Shown: positions 1 to 9,173 of the stretch, piece by piece
How positions within the stretch are numbered: position 1 is the first letter of the stretch
How the letters are laid out: the number at the start of each line of letters is the position of its first letter
Assembly: GCA_964565925.1 (NCBI GenBank)
Contig: CAZMGV010000005.1
Span: 64,100-128,099 of the forward strand
DNA length: 64,000 nucleotides
Direction: 5' to 3'
DNA from: an uncultured bacterium
Lineage (GTDB): Bacteria > JAGRBM01 > JAHCIT01
Notes under the pieces: model-generated
Told to the model about the DNA's origin: nothing
Databases searched by the model: none
What the model saw: the letters and a program-made list of their open reading frames with translations, nothing else
Translations under genes and position numbers: made by a program

Positions 1-1206
1 GAAGGGATTGCCGCGGTAGACTACCGGTTTGCGGGTGGTTGACGTCACAAATGCGGCCTTGAAGCGGGCTTTCAGGCTCGCGTCGATGCGTTCCTCGCCT
101 ATAGGTGACAGACAGTTGGACGGCGGTGCCATGAGCTTGGCAGCCTGCATGGCTTTAAACAGCGCTTCCACCTGGTGAGCATCCAGATCCCGTGGCTTGC
201 GATTGCTCTTCACACCCGCATGGGAGCACATCTCTTCGGCGGCGGCGTCCGAAACTCTGGAGAAGTCATTCTTCAGGGCGGTCTTCACGGACGTGGCGGA
301 CGTATCCTGCAGCATCTTGATAAGCATGCCCAGTTCTATGCCGTGCGGATGAGGCTTGATCTCGAGTGCCTCGATCGGGAGTTCCTCGGAGGCACGTTCA
401 TAAACGATCGGAGCCGAACCTGGTGCGCGGAAGGTCAGCTTCACGTGCGGGTTCGAGACGGCCGTCAGCATCAGGTATTCGTCGACCGACCGGCGGCCTT
501 TCTTGTACAGGCCGCTCAGTTCGATTTCGACCCGCGTGCCGTGGGGCTTGTCGAAGCCGGCATCTTCCGTCTCGTTCGACATTTCCGGCTGGTTCAGACG
601 TGTGTTGAGCGTAACGTCGAGCGCCACGGCGGGACGGCCTTTGCCGGTCCGGGAGACGACATGGACCGGTTTCCCGGTAGTGAGCTGGCCATACATGCCC
701 GCCGCCGAGATGCCGATACCCTGCTGGCCGCGGCTCTGCTTCAGGCGGTGGAACTTGGAGCCGTAAAGCAGCTTGCCGAACACCTTGGGGATCTGCGCCT
801 TGGGAATGCCCGGGCCGTTGTCCTCGATGGCGATCCGGTAGCGGCCTTCGGCTTTCTCGACGATAGTCACTTCGATATCGGGCAGAATGCCGGCCTCTTC
901 GCAGGCATCCAGCGCATTGTCGACCGCTTCCTTGATAGCCGTAAGCAGCGCCTTCTGGGCGTTATCGAATCCGAGCAGATGGCGGTTCTTGGTGAAGAAT
1001 TCCGAGACCGAAATCTCGCGCTGCTTCTTGGCCATGTCCTCGGCAGAGGCACGGCGTTGCTGCTTCTTCGGCTCGGCTGGACGTGCTTCCACCGGCTCCG
1101 GCGGTTTCTTGGGTTCTGCTTTGGGAGCGGCCTTTTGCGTGGGCTTGGCAGCCATCAGATCGAGTTGTTTATCGGAAGCGGGCTTTTTCGTTTTCTTGTT
1201 GGCCAT
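1..1206 (-). CDS. top6B: DNA topoisomerase VI subunit B (GHKL ATPase plus start of transducer domain). The N-terminal ~400 aa are in the window; the gene continues past the left edge.
   Basis: The minus-strand frame is open from an ATG (plus-strand 'cat' at 1204-1206) down to position 1. It is absent from the ORF track because there is no in-window stop; the listed 175..1317 + ORF is its antisense shadow. My translation reads MANKKTKKP...[53 protein letters not shown]...DNGPGIP...[22 protein letters not shown]...[17 protein letters not shown]...[16 protein letters not shown]. This carries the Bergerat-fold motifs (ELVxNALDA, DNGxGIP, GxxGxG-like GIGIS) and the conserved KPHPxG and TRKPxxYxGxPF segments of archaeal Top6B. 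Confidence 0.8.
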   Translation of the reverse strand, partial: MANKKTKKPASDKQLDLMAAKPTQKAAPKAEPKKPPEPVEARPAEPKKQQRRASAEDMAKKQREISVSEFFTKNRHLLGFDNAQKALLTAIKEAVDNALDACEEAGILPDIEVTIVEKAEGRYRIAIEDNGPGIPKAQIPKVFGKLLYGSKFHRLKQSRGQQGIGISAAGMYGQLTTGKPVHVVSRTGKGRPAVALDVTLNTRLNQPEMSNETEDAGFDKPHGTRVEIELSGLYKKGRRSVDEYLMLTAVSNPHVKLTFRAPGSAPIVYERASEELPIEALEIKPHPHGIELGMLIKMLQDTSATSVKTALKNDFSRVSDAAAEEMCSHAGVKSNRKPRDLDAHQVEALFKAMQAAKLMAPPSNCLSPIGEERIDASLKARFKAAFVTSTTRKPVVYRGNPF

Positions 1207-1357
1207 GAACGTTCACACACTGACGGATGCGCGGAGCCCTCACCGAACGCGCTGAACCGTCACTTCGTATCCGGCTATGTTGCACGAAAGCGGGGCCGAC
1301 GTCCAATCCGCTGGTAGATACTCTTACGTAAGTGGAAGCGGGCGGAAAGAACCCGTT

Positions 1358-2716
1358 TCAGCCGGGATCGGGGTTGTCGAGAACCAGGGCCGTGTCGAAC
1401 TTTTTGAAGAAGGCCTTCTCATCGCCGGGGACGAACTGGTCCGTCACGATCACGAAATTCTTTATCTTGAAGCTGGTGGCGAAGACATTTTCCCAGTTCC
1501 GGATATTGAAATAGAGGCCCGGCACCGCCCCCGGCTGGTACTCCGGCGGATCGTTCAGGCCGGGGTCGTCTACGAGGTAAATGTCCGGAATGAGCGGCAC
1601 ATCCTTCGGGGTGATGATCCGTGTGAGGAAATACATGTCACGGTGCTTTACCGCGACGAATCCGGTGGAATATCCGCCGGCATTGACCGCTTCGAGATCC
1701 TTCGAGCCGGCCACCCCGGTCACGACGTAGGGTTTGGGGAAACCAGTCGAATAGATCTCCGCGCCCCGCAGGTCCATGAAGTCCACACCACCGATCAGGC
1801 TGAACTTGCTCGTGACCTTGCCGATAGGGAAGGGCGTCTTGACGTCGAAGTCGTACGAGAGCGCATAAGGGTAGAAGAATGTGTAATTCCATAGTTTGGG
1901 CGACTGGAGAAAGGCGACAAGACGCACACTCATGCCCGAATACTTGATTGCCCGAACAGGGCCGTCGATCCATCCACCCCGCTTGCTGCTGAAGTCGGTC
2001 TGGTCGCGGGTCAGGTCGAATCCGAGCACCTTGGCGTTCATCCGGATCTTCATGATGTCCACGCTGTTTTCGCTGAAGCTGCCGTCGGCAAGCCGGGTCC
2101 GGACCGTCTTGATGGCGAACTTCAGCTTCTTGTCGAACCCCAGCGAGAAAGTGCGGGTGCGGCCCTCGTCGGCCTCCGGGTCGTAGGTCACGTAATCGAC
2201 CGGACTGGGCGCCGGAGGCGTACCTCCGAAGAGAAACAGGTAGGCATAGGCCCGCTTGCCGTCGACCGGGTCCCGGATAATCAGCTCTTTACGGAACAAG
2301 ACTTCGGGCAGGTCATCCCCGCTGGTCATCCGTTCACCAAGGTCACTGGCCATGAATACGAGTTCGTCGTTGGCATCGAGCAGGCCCTTGTCCTCATCCT
2401 TCGACTTCTCGGGACCGCTGGTCAGAACGTATTCGTCGTCCTCATTCTTTTCGTCAATCTGGTAGGGGATCGGAACAAGCTTGCCCTCACGCACGGAATA
2501 GATCCGCATACTGGCAATCGGCTTACCGGCAAAGGTGTGGAGCTGACTGCCCGGAATAATGACCGGGTCTATCGGCCGGTCGAGGCCGCCCGGAACCGGC
2601 GGCGACTGCCAGGGCTTGAGCGGAACGGCGGTTTCGGCACTCGCCGAATTTGCAAAGGCGCCGGCCCAGAGGGCCGTCGCCAGTGCAAATGCGAAGGCCG
2701 ACTGCCGGCTGGTCAC
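1358..2716 (-). CDS. Secreted protein of unknown function (paralog A of a tandem pair), with an Sec signal peptide
   Basis: 452-aa ORF. The N-terminus MTSRQSAFAFALATALWAGAFANSASA-ETAV is a typical signal peptide with an AXA cleavage site. It aligns along its length with the C-terminal ~430 aa of the upstream gene through shared blocks (IPYQIDE.N.D.EYV, DANDELVFMA.DLGE, WIDGPVR, SPK.WN.T.FYPY.LSY, LIDDP, PGAVPG.YF). I recognise no named family. Confidence 0.6.
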   Translation of the reverse strand: MTSRQSAFAFALATALWAGAFANSASAETAVPLKPWQSPPVPGGLDRPIDPVIIPGSQLHTFAGKPIASMRIYSVREGKLVPIPYQIDEKNEDDEYVLTSGPEKSKDEDKGLLDANDELVFMASDLGERMTSGDDLPEVLFRKELIIRDPVDGKRAYAYLFLFGGTPPAPSPVDYVTYDPEADEGRTRTFSLGFDKKLKFAIKTVRTRLADGSFSENSVDIMKIRMNAKVLGFDLTRDQTDFSSKRGGWIDGPVRAIKYSGMSVRLVAFLQSPKLWNYTFFYPYALSYDFDVKTPFPIGKVTSKFSLIGGVDFMDLRGAEIYSTGFPKPYVVTGVAGSKDLEAVNAGGYSTGFVAVKHRDMYFLTRIITPKDVPLIPDIYLVDDPGLNDPPEYQPGAVPGLYFNIRNWENVFATSFKIKNFVIVTDQFVPGDEKAFFKKFDTALVLDNPDPG

Positions 2717-4575
2717 TTGGGCTCCAGTTTGTCGGGATTTTCCATTGTCACGGGCCTGTCCATCCTGCCGATAAAGGATTTCTCCTGTCCGGGCTGGAAG
2801 GTATCCGTGACGGTCACGGTCGTAACGATCGAGAACTTCTTCTGCTGCACTTTCAGCCAGTCGTCGATCTGGAAATACATGCCCGGCACGGCGCCCGGGA
2901 ACCGTTCCGGCCCGTCGACGTAGTTGGGATCATCGATCAGATACGTGTTCACCTTGAGCGGAATCTCGGGCGGAATCTGGATGCGCATGATGAAATAAGA
3001 ACCTGCCCAGCCGATGGCCGCGAAGCGGTTTTCGTCCGGATTGGCATTGAGGGCCGCCAGTTCCGGGCTGTTGGGATTGCCCGTGATCGTGATCGGCTTG
3101 CTCATGCCGTTTGTGTAGAACGTACCGCCACGAAGATCGCGGAAGTCCATTCCGGAGAACATCTCGAACTTGGAGAAGATCGATGGAATCGAGAACGGCG
3201 TGATGACGTCGATCCCGTAGGAAAGGCCATAGGGGTAGAAGATGGTGTCGTTCCAGATCTTGGGCGACTGGATGCCCAGGATCATGCGGACACTGATGCC
3301 CTTGTGCAGGATTGAGCGCACAGGTCCGTCGATCCAGGCGGCGGTTTTGGCGCCGAAGTCATCCTGATTGCGGTTGAATGAGTAGAACCCCCAGATCGTC
3401 GACTTCAGTCTGACTTTCAGGATGTCCACGCGGTTATCGGAGAACTTTCCGTCGGAGAGTCGGATCATGGAACGGTCGATGGCGAACGGCGTTTCCTTGT
3501 TGAAGCCGACGGCAAACGATGTGGCCTCGACCAGATCTTCGGCAGACTTGTAGTTCACGTAGTCGGTCTTGCTCGGTGTGGGAGCGTCGCCGGACCAGGA
3601 GGTCAGGTAGGCGTAGCCCCGCTTCCCGTCGATCGGGTCCTTGATTACGATCTCCTTGAGGACCGCCGGTTTGGCACCCTTGAACGTCGGGTAGGCGGAT
3701 ATGTCCTCCATCTGTTCACCGAGATCGCGGGCCATGAAAACCAGTTCGTCATTCGCGTCGAAATTGTCCTTGTCGAAATCCTTCTCCCGGTAGTCGTCCT
3801 TGTCGGGACCAGCCGTAAAGACATAGTCATTGTCCTTGTTGCGCTCGTCGATCTGATAGGGGATCGGCTCAAGTCCGTTGGCGCGGACGGCGGACAGGCG
3901 GATGCTCGCATTGGATTTGCCGAGGAAGGTTTTCAGTTGTGCGCCGGTGAGAATGACCGGGTCCACGTCTCGGGAGAGCGGACGGCTGAACGGCTTTTTC
4001 GGTGCCGCTGGCACAGCAGGTGCCGCTTCAACGGTTTTGGTCTCGACCGGTTTCGCTTCGGCGACAGGTGTAGCGGGTTTTGCCTCCGCCTTGGCTTCTG
4101 TCTTCGGCTCAGGTTTCGTTTCCACCACTTTTACCGGGGCCCGTTCAGACTTGGTAACTGTTTCCGGCGGCGCTTTTCCGGCTGGTTTCGTCGCAAACTC
4201 CGGCTGGGGCGGCGGTGCGGGGACAGCCGCCGGAATACTTTCCGGTGACGGCGGCAACGGAGGTGCTTCCTGAGCGACTGGTATATCAGCCGCCGGGGGG
4301 GGCTGCGATTTGGCTGCTACAGGTGCGGGAGACGCGGGCTCCAATTGCGCGGGCGCGGGGATGGGCTCTGCGGCGGCAACCGGGGCGGCCTGCGCCGGGG
4401 AATCGGGCGGTGCAGACTCCATCGGTGACGGGGGCGCCATATCTTCCCATTTGGGATCATTCTCCGAATGGCTGGAAGAATCCGAAAACCACGAGCAGGA
4501 AGCCAGGGCGAGTGCGGCACCGACGGATGCCAGCAGTCTGATAATGCCGGTTTTGTTCGTTTCTGCTTGGAGCAA
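2713..4575 (-). CDS. Lipoprotein of unknown function (paralog B). It has a ~150-aa Pro/Ala/Glu/Lys-rich low-complexity linker, then a domain homologous to paralog A.
   Basis: 620-aa ORF. The N-terminus MLQAETNKTGIIRLLASVGAALALAS-C matches a lipobox (LASC). A long PAPAQLEPASPAPVAAKSQPPPAADIP...KPEPKTEAKAEAKPATPVAEAKP linker follows, then the conserved ~430-aa domain. The stop overlaps the paralog A start by 4 bp (ATGA), indicating translational coupling. Confidence 0.6.
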   Translation of the reverse strand: MLQAETNKTGIIRLLASVGAALALASCSWFSDSSSHSENDPKWEDMAPPSPMESAPPDSPAQAAPVAAAEPIPAPAQLEPASPAPVAAKSQPPPAADIPVAQEAPPLPPSPESIPAAVPAPPPQPEFATKPAGKAPPETVTKSERAPVKVVETKPEPKTEAKAEAKPATPVAEAKPVETKTVEAAPAVPAAPKKPFSRPLSRDVDPVILTGAQLKTFLGKSNASIRLSAVRANGLEPIPYQIDERNKDNDYVFTAGPDKDDYREKDFDKDNFDANDELVFMARDLGEQMEDISAYPTFKGAKPAVLKEIVIKDPIDGKRGYAYLTSWSGDAPTPSKTDYVNYKSAEDLVEATSFAVGFNKETPFAIDRSMIRLSDGKFSDNRVDILKVRLKSTIWGFYSFNRNQDDFGAKTAAWIDGPVRSILHKGISVRMILGIQSPKIWNDTIFYPYGLSYGIDVITPFSIPSIFSKFEMFSGMDFRDLRGGTFYTNGMSKPITITGNPNSPELAALNANPDENRFAAIGWAGSYFIMRIQIPPEIPLKVNTYLIDDPNYVDGPERFPGAVPGMYFQIDDWLKVQQKKFSIVTTVTVTDTFQPGQEKSFIGRMDRPVTMENPDKLEPK

Positions 4576-4606
4576 CTTCGTCTACCTCTTTCGAATGATC
4601 ACGGAA

Positions 4607-5466
4607 CTATTTACCGCCCTTGTCGTCTTTGGGCGGTTCAGGGTCTGAATTATCGCTGGGGTCCTTGCCGTCGTAGACGCAGCGGAAGCCGACGTCCGGC
4701 CGGGCCATGTCGGGCGCGAGCGGACTTTTCGCCGCAGCCCGGTATGGGTTCGGAGCAGTCTCGGTCACGACTGTCCGGTATGAGCCGCCTTTAATGACTT
4801 TCTGCTGTCCCCAGGGAGGCCCCTTGGGAGACTGGCTCGGCGAGCGGCCGTAGTAACCAGCGTCGAACCAGTCGCCGACCCACTCGGCGAGATTTCCGGC
4901 GAGATCCACAATCCCGGATTCGGTCGCTCCGGCCGGGAACGATCCCGGCGGGGCCACTTCCTCGAAATGGTCTTCGTGACCGAATTCCCCCACTGGGCCG
5001 TCGGCGAAATTCCCTCTGGACCACGCGAATTCGTTACCCCAGGGGAATTTGAGCGCGGCGGTTGTACGAGCGGATGCTTCCCATTCGGCTTCGGTCGGGA
5101 GTCTGCCTCCCCACCACAGGCAGAAGTCCCGCGCCTGGAACCACGATACTCCGGCAACGGGAAGGTCAGGCCTCCGGCGATCGGTGTAGTCGCGGGTTTC
5201 GGTGCAGACGCCGTCTTTGACGCACAGGATGTATTCCGAATTGGTCACTTCGGTGCGCTTGATCTGGTAGGGGGATAAAGTAACACGCCGGATAGGCCGC
5301 TCGCCGGAGCCGCCTTGGGCATCGCCAGTTAGATAGGTGGAGCCCTTGATCGCGACGAGTTCGGTTGAGGGTGGTACACGGGGACGGAATGCCGCGTCCG
5401 GCGGGGGCTCGGCCGCCACAGCCAGAGGGAACGCCATAAGCGCGATAATGGATAGAATGAGACGCA
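4607..5466 (-). CDS. Formylglycine-generating-enzyme (FGE/SUMF1)-sulfatase-domain protein, secreted
   Basis: I take the internal Met as the start: MRLILSIIALMAFPLAVAA reads as a signal peptide, and this removes the overlap with the divergent Nudix gene that the 353-aa track ORF creates. The body shows the FGE fold signature: RGGSW/GGSYRT-like segment, VAGVSWFQARDFCLWWGGRLPTEAEWE, and the terminal GFRCV. Confidence 0.6.
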
Positions 5467-5530
5467 TTTCCGGGTGGCGTGGATCATCGGCATCCGCACG
5501 TCGGGAGTCAAGATATTTGAGGGCTAAATC

Positions 5531-6304
5531 TTGACCGATAAACCGCAACGAAAACCGGCAGTTCCGCAGCCCGCATCGACCACTATCATGGTCCGCGATT
5601 CTCCGCGGGGGCTGGAAACATTCCTGACCGGCAGACCGCTTACGATGGAGTTTGCTCCCGGCTTCCATGTGTTTCCCGGCGGCCGTGTCGATCCGGAGGA
5701 TTCACACACGGAACTGCTGGCCCGGCTCACGTCGTTTGACACGGAACAGGCCCGTCAGGAGGTCGACTCTGGACCGCTTGAACCGGGTGCTTACTGGGCT
5801 GGCGGATTCCGCGAGATGTTCGAGGAGTCGGGGGTAATTCTTGCCAGCCGGTCAGGGCAGCCGCTCACCCCGGTCGAAATGATAGAGCTTGACCGGGATT
5901 ACCGGATGAAAGTTCAGGGCGGGGATCTCTCGTTCCGGGAGTTCTTGGGCCGTACAGGTCTGGAGCTGCCAGCGCCGCGGCTGCGCTTTTTCGACCACTG
6001 GGTGACGCCCGATACCCAGCCCCGGCGGTTCGATACCCGTTTCTTCCTGGTGGTGCTGCACGAACCGGTCGAACCCGTGCACACGCCAGGAGAGGCGGTC
6101 AGTTCGCTCTGGATTCGGCCGAAGGCCGCACTACAGGCTTTTCAGGACGAAGAACTGAAGCTGCTCCCGCCCACCTACCGGTGTCTGGTCAGGCTGTCAC
6201 ATTATTCAACTACCGATGAACTCCTTAAGGGTTTCCCGTCCGACGAGTTCGCCCGGTCACTGGAACAGCGCCGTGCGGCCCGTCAGGGCCCCAAAATCGG
6301 ATAA
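5531..6304 (+). CDS. NUDIX hydrolase (CoA pyrophosphatase-like)
   Basis: The Nudix box is recognisable: FPGGRVDPEDS...GGFREMFEESGVIL (GX5EX7REUXEEXGU). The start may instead be the internal Met at about 5588. Confidence 0.6.
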   Translation: MTDKPQRKPAVPQPASTTIMVRDSPRGLETFLTGRPLTMEFAPGFHVFPGGRVDPEDSHTELLARLTSFDTEQARQEVDSGPLEPGAYWAGGFREMFEESGVILASRSGQPLTPVEMIELDRDYRMKVQGGDLSFREFLGRTGLELPAPRLRFFDHWVTPDTQPRRFDTRFFLVVLHEPVEPVHTPGEAVSSLWIRPKAALQAFQDEELKLLPPTYRCLVRLSHYSTTDELLKGFPSDEFARSLEQRRAARQGPKIG

Positions 6305-6363
6305 TCCAGTAGATCATTGAGTCAGCCGGTGACGCCGCCGGTCCGGCGTGTTAGGTTCCTGCA

Positions 6364-6675
6364 ATGCACGCAGCGCTTCCCACCGGCTACTGCCGTCACT
6401 GCCAAGACGAAGAAATCGTCTGGTCCCGGTTGCGGGCCGGGCGGGTTGTGCGTTTCTGCATGGGATGCGATGAGCCGGTGGAGAACTATTCGGCACCTGT
6501 CCGTTACCGTTCCGAGAGCGAACTGAGCAGGCTCGGCTATTCGTTCGCCGAAGCGGTTCCTCCGGAAACCGGGCGTTCGTGTGGCTCGGGGAGTTGTGGC
6601 TCAGGTTGCGGCTGCTCTACCGGCGGTGGCTGCTCGACCTGCAGCAAGGTCGATACCTGTCACAAGATTCACTGA
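6364..6675 (+). CDS. Small Cys-rich zinc-ribbon protein (FmdB-like) with a C-terminal Gly/Cys/Ser tail
   Basis: 103 aa. Two CxxC pairs (CRHC...CMGC) are followed by a tail SCGSGSCGSGCGCSTGGGCSTCSKVDTCH. This resembles FmdB-family zinc-ribbon proteins, which often end in Gly/Cys-rich tails. The family assignment is from memory, not a search. Confidence 0.45.
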   Translation: MHAALPTGYCRHCQDEEIVWSRLRAGRVVRFCMGCDEPVENYSAPVRYRSESELSRLGYSFAEAVPPETGRSCGSGSCGSGCGCSTGGGCSTCSKVDTCHKIH

Positions 6676-6686
6676 TCAGTTGATCG

Positions 6687-8339
6687 CTATTTGCCGGCGG
6701 CAATTGCGCTGGCGCCACCGCTTGAGAACAGCAGCGGCTTCATGTCGTCGTCGGTAAATGCGATACCGCCGCCCGCGAACGGGACCGGCTTCTTGGCATC
6801 GTTGAGAATATCTTCGACACCGGCGGTCAGGTAGAAGTACTTCCAGAAGTCGAACTGTACGCGTGAACGGTAGTTGGGGTTCATCCGTTTGCCGAACGAA
6901 CCCTTGCGCGTGAAGTCGAATACTTCGTTTTCCCAGTAAAGATTGTGGAACTCGTCGGGGCTGAGCCGGAACCCGACGCCGCCGGTGCTTTCCAGAATAC
7001 CACCATATGCTTCGATCCAGTCCCATCGCTTGCCGATACCGAGCGAGAAACGCAGGCCGATCTGGTTCTGGGACGTGGCTGTCGAGACATTGGATCCTGG
7101 CAGCAGCGGGGTGGGCGACGTGTTCGTCTGTTCTGTGACGACGGTCTTCTGGCGGCCCCCGCGGGGGTCCGCGACAATCGAGGCGAAATAGAACTTGTCC
7201 GGGCGGGGACGGATCGTAAGGTTGACGTAGCTCTTCAGCCCGTCACCGTTCTTGATCTGCTCTTCGCCGCGGTACCCCACGATCAGCTGGATCTGGTTGG
7301 CATAGTCCAGAAACGAGTTGATGTTGGAAACCGCCTTGTTGACCTCTTTGACCGTCGTGTCGTCGTTGACGAGCTTGCCGATAGTGCCTTCGCCGCGATT
7401 GACCTTGTCGGTGATCTGCCGGGTATTCTCGATCGTCTGGTCGAGCTTGTCAGCGGATTCCTTGAACTTCACCAGTACGTCGCGCACGTCGTCGCCCCGG
7501 GCTGCCACCTGTTCGTCCACGCGGCGGACCAGACGCTGTACATCGTCGATGACAACCGGGAGTTTGCCGCGAAGCATGGCGGTGAGCTGTTCAACGTTAT
7601 CGGCGATGCGGCCGACACGTTCGTCGTTCTGATCGACCATGTCCTTGAGCTTCTCGGTCAGCTGGGCGACGGACGTCAGCGTCTTCTGGAGGTTCTCGCT
7701 GCCGCCCTGCTGGCCCTTCAGGGTCATCTTGATGATGCGGGTGATCTCTTCGAGGTTGTCGGCGACTCGGCTCAGTTTCTCGAACAGTTCTTCGCTCGTT
7801 CCACCCTCGTCGGCGTAGATTACCTGTGGGCCGTCGGCACGCAGTGTCAGCTGGGCATGCTCTTCAATCCGGGTGATTCGCTGCTGGTAGGCGGCCTCGG
7901 CGGCATCGCTACCGGCCGATGAGCTTTCAGAATCCATGGTGCGGGTGCCGCCGTCTGCGCTGAACTCCTCGGGGGTCACGCGCGTGCGGCTCTCGGGCTG
8001 TTTGGACGGAATGATCTCAAGATAGCGTTCGCCAAGCATACCTTTGCTGCGGACAACGACACGCGTGTGCTCGTCCATCGGTATGTCGCTACGGATCGTG
8101 ACGGTCAGCTTCGCCATCCGGCCGTCCAGTTCGATCTTCTTGATCATGCCGACCTTGACGCCGGCCATCCGGATTCCGGTGCTTTCAAAAAGCCCTTCGG
8201 CGGACTCCATGTAGACGATAACGTCGCGGGTGGAGGTGAACGACAGTGGGCGGAGTTTGACAGAAGCGAACGTTAGCATCGCAAGCACGCTGGCGGCGAA
8301 CAGGCCGACCTTCACGTTGTTGTTAAGTGCTTTTGACAC
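6687..8339 (-). CDS. mlaD: MlaD/MCE-family protein (outer-membrane lipid asymmetry / lipid transport substrate-binding component) with a long coiled-coil extension
   Basis: The N-terminal TM helix is followed by an MCE domain (VIVYMESAEGLFESTGIRMAGVKVGMIKKIELDGRMAKLTVTIRSD...). A ~250-aa helical region and a C-terminal beta region follow. It lies immediately downstream of mlaF and mlaE on the same strand. Confidence 0.75.
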   Translation of the reverse strand: MSKALNNNVKVGLFAASVLAMLTFASVKLRPLSFTSTRDVIVYMESAEGLFESTGIRMAGVKVGMIKKIELDGRMAKLTVTIRSDIPMDEHTRVVVRSKGMLGERYLEIIPSKQPESRTRVTPEEFSADGGTRTMDSESSSAGSDAAEAAYQQRITRIEEHAQLTLRADGPQVIYADEGGTSEELFEKLSRVADNLEEITRIIKMTLKGQQGGSENLQKTLTSVAQLTEKLKDMVDQNDERVGRIADNVEQLTAMLRGKLPVVIDDVQRLVRRVDEQVAARGDDVRDVLVKFKESADKLDQTIENTRQITDKVNRGEGTIGKLVNDDTTVKEVNKAVSNINSFLDYANQIQLIVGYRGEEQIKNGDGLKSYVNLTIRPRPDKFYFASIVADPRGGRQKTVVTEQTNTSPTPLLPGSNVSTATSQNQIGLRFSLGIGKRWDWIEAYGGILESTGGVGFRLSPDEFHNLYWENEVFDFTRKGSFGKRMNPNYRSRVQFDFWKYFYLTAGVEDILNDAKKPVPFAGGGIAFTDDDMKPLLFSSGGASAIAAGK

Positions 8340-8405
8340 GCATCCTGCCTTCAGGGTCCCTATGAGTGGATATTATAAACATATCCTATGGTATTTCCGC
8401 AATGA

Positions 8406-9173
8406 TTACACAGAGATGGGGCCAACCCGTTTGCCATCCAGAAACTGGCGCACGAGGGGGTCCGTTGAATGCCTCAGATCGTCAATCGTGCCTTCCAGAT
8501 GAATCCGGCCCTTATAAAGCATGGCGATCCGGCTTGCGATCTTATAAGTCGCCTCCACATCGTGGCTGATGACGACATTTGTGGTCTTATATTCAGACTG
8601 CAACTCGTTAATGAGGGCCATGATCACGTCGGTCATGACGGGATCCAGCCCGGAACTGGGTTCATCCAGAAGCAGAATCTGGGGCCGCAGTGCCATTGCC
8701 CTGGCCAGGCCGGCACGCTTGCGCATGCCGCCGGACAGTTCCGACGGTGCCTTGTGCCCATGCTGGCCGAGTCCCACCTGTGTCAACACTTCGTTTACAC
8801 GCGAGGAAATTTCGTCCTTGTGCATCGTTGTGTGTTCGCGCAGCGGCAGGGCCACATTCTCGAATACGGACATGGAGTCGAGCAGGGCGCCGTCCTGAAA
8901 CAGGAAGCCGAATTTCAGCCGGACTTTATACAGGGGGTCACCCTCGAGCCGGGTGACGTCTTCTCCGTCGACAAAGACCCGTCCTTCGTCCGGCTTCAGA
9001 AGCCCGATCATGTGCTTGAGCGTGACACTCTTGCCCGCGCCGGACAGCCCCATGATCACAGTTGTTTCCTGGGCCGGGATATCCAGCGTCATATGATCGA
9101 GGACGGTCTGCTGGCCGAACCTTTTGACCAGTCCTTCCATGCGGATCATGGGTTGCAGGGCGGCCGGGGTCAT
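8406..9173 (-). CDS. mlaF: ABC transporter ATP-binding protein, MlaF type
   Basis: Walker A is GLSGAGKS, the ABC signature is LSGGMRKRAGLARA, and Walker B is LLLDEP. I placed the start at MTPAALQPMIRMEGL; that start codon overlaps the mlaE stop by 4 bp (ATGA). The 410-aa track ORF has a spurious N-terminal extension. Confidence 0.85.
   Translation of the reverse strand: MTPAALQPMIRMEGLVKRFGQQTVLDHMTLDIPAQETTVIMGLSGAGKSVTLKHMIGLLKPDEGRVFVDGEDVTRLEGDPLYKVRLKFGFLFQDGALLDSMSVFENVALPLREHTTMHKDEISSRVNEVLTQVGLGQHGHKAPSELSGGMRKRAGLARAMALRPQILLLDEPSSGLDPVMTDVIMALINELQSEYKTTNVVISHDVEATYKIASRIAMLYKGRIHLEGTIDDLRHSTDPLVRQFLDGKRVGPISV

Noticed and set aside
175-1317. 380-aa plus-strand ORF listed in the track at the left edge
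   Set aside because: It is an antisense shadow of the minus-strand top6B frame. The minus-strand translation has unmistakable Top6B motifs, whereas the plus-strand product is Arg/Gly/His-rich with no recognisable domain.
4607-5466. FGE-domain protein as the maturase for the adjacent secreted paralogs (sulfatase-like formylglycine formation)
   Set aside because: Neither paralog contains a C/S-x-P-x-R motif. Paralog A has no Cys at all, and paralog B has only the lipobox Cys. The FGE-fold protein is probably not acting on them in that way.
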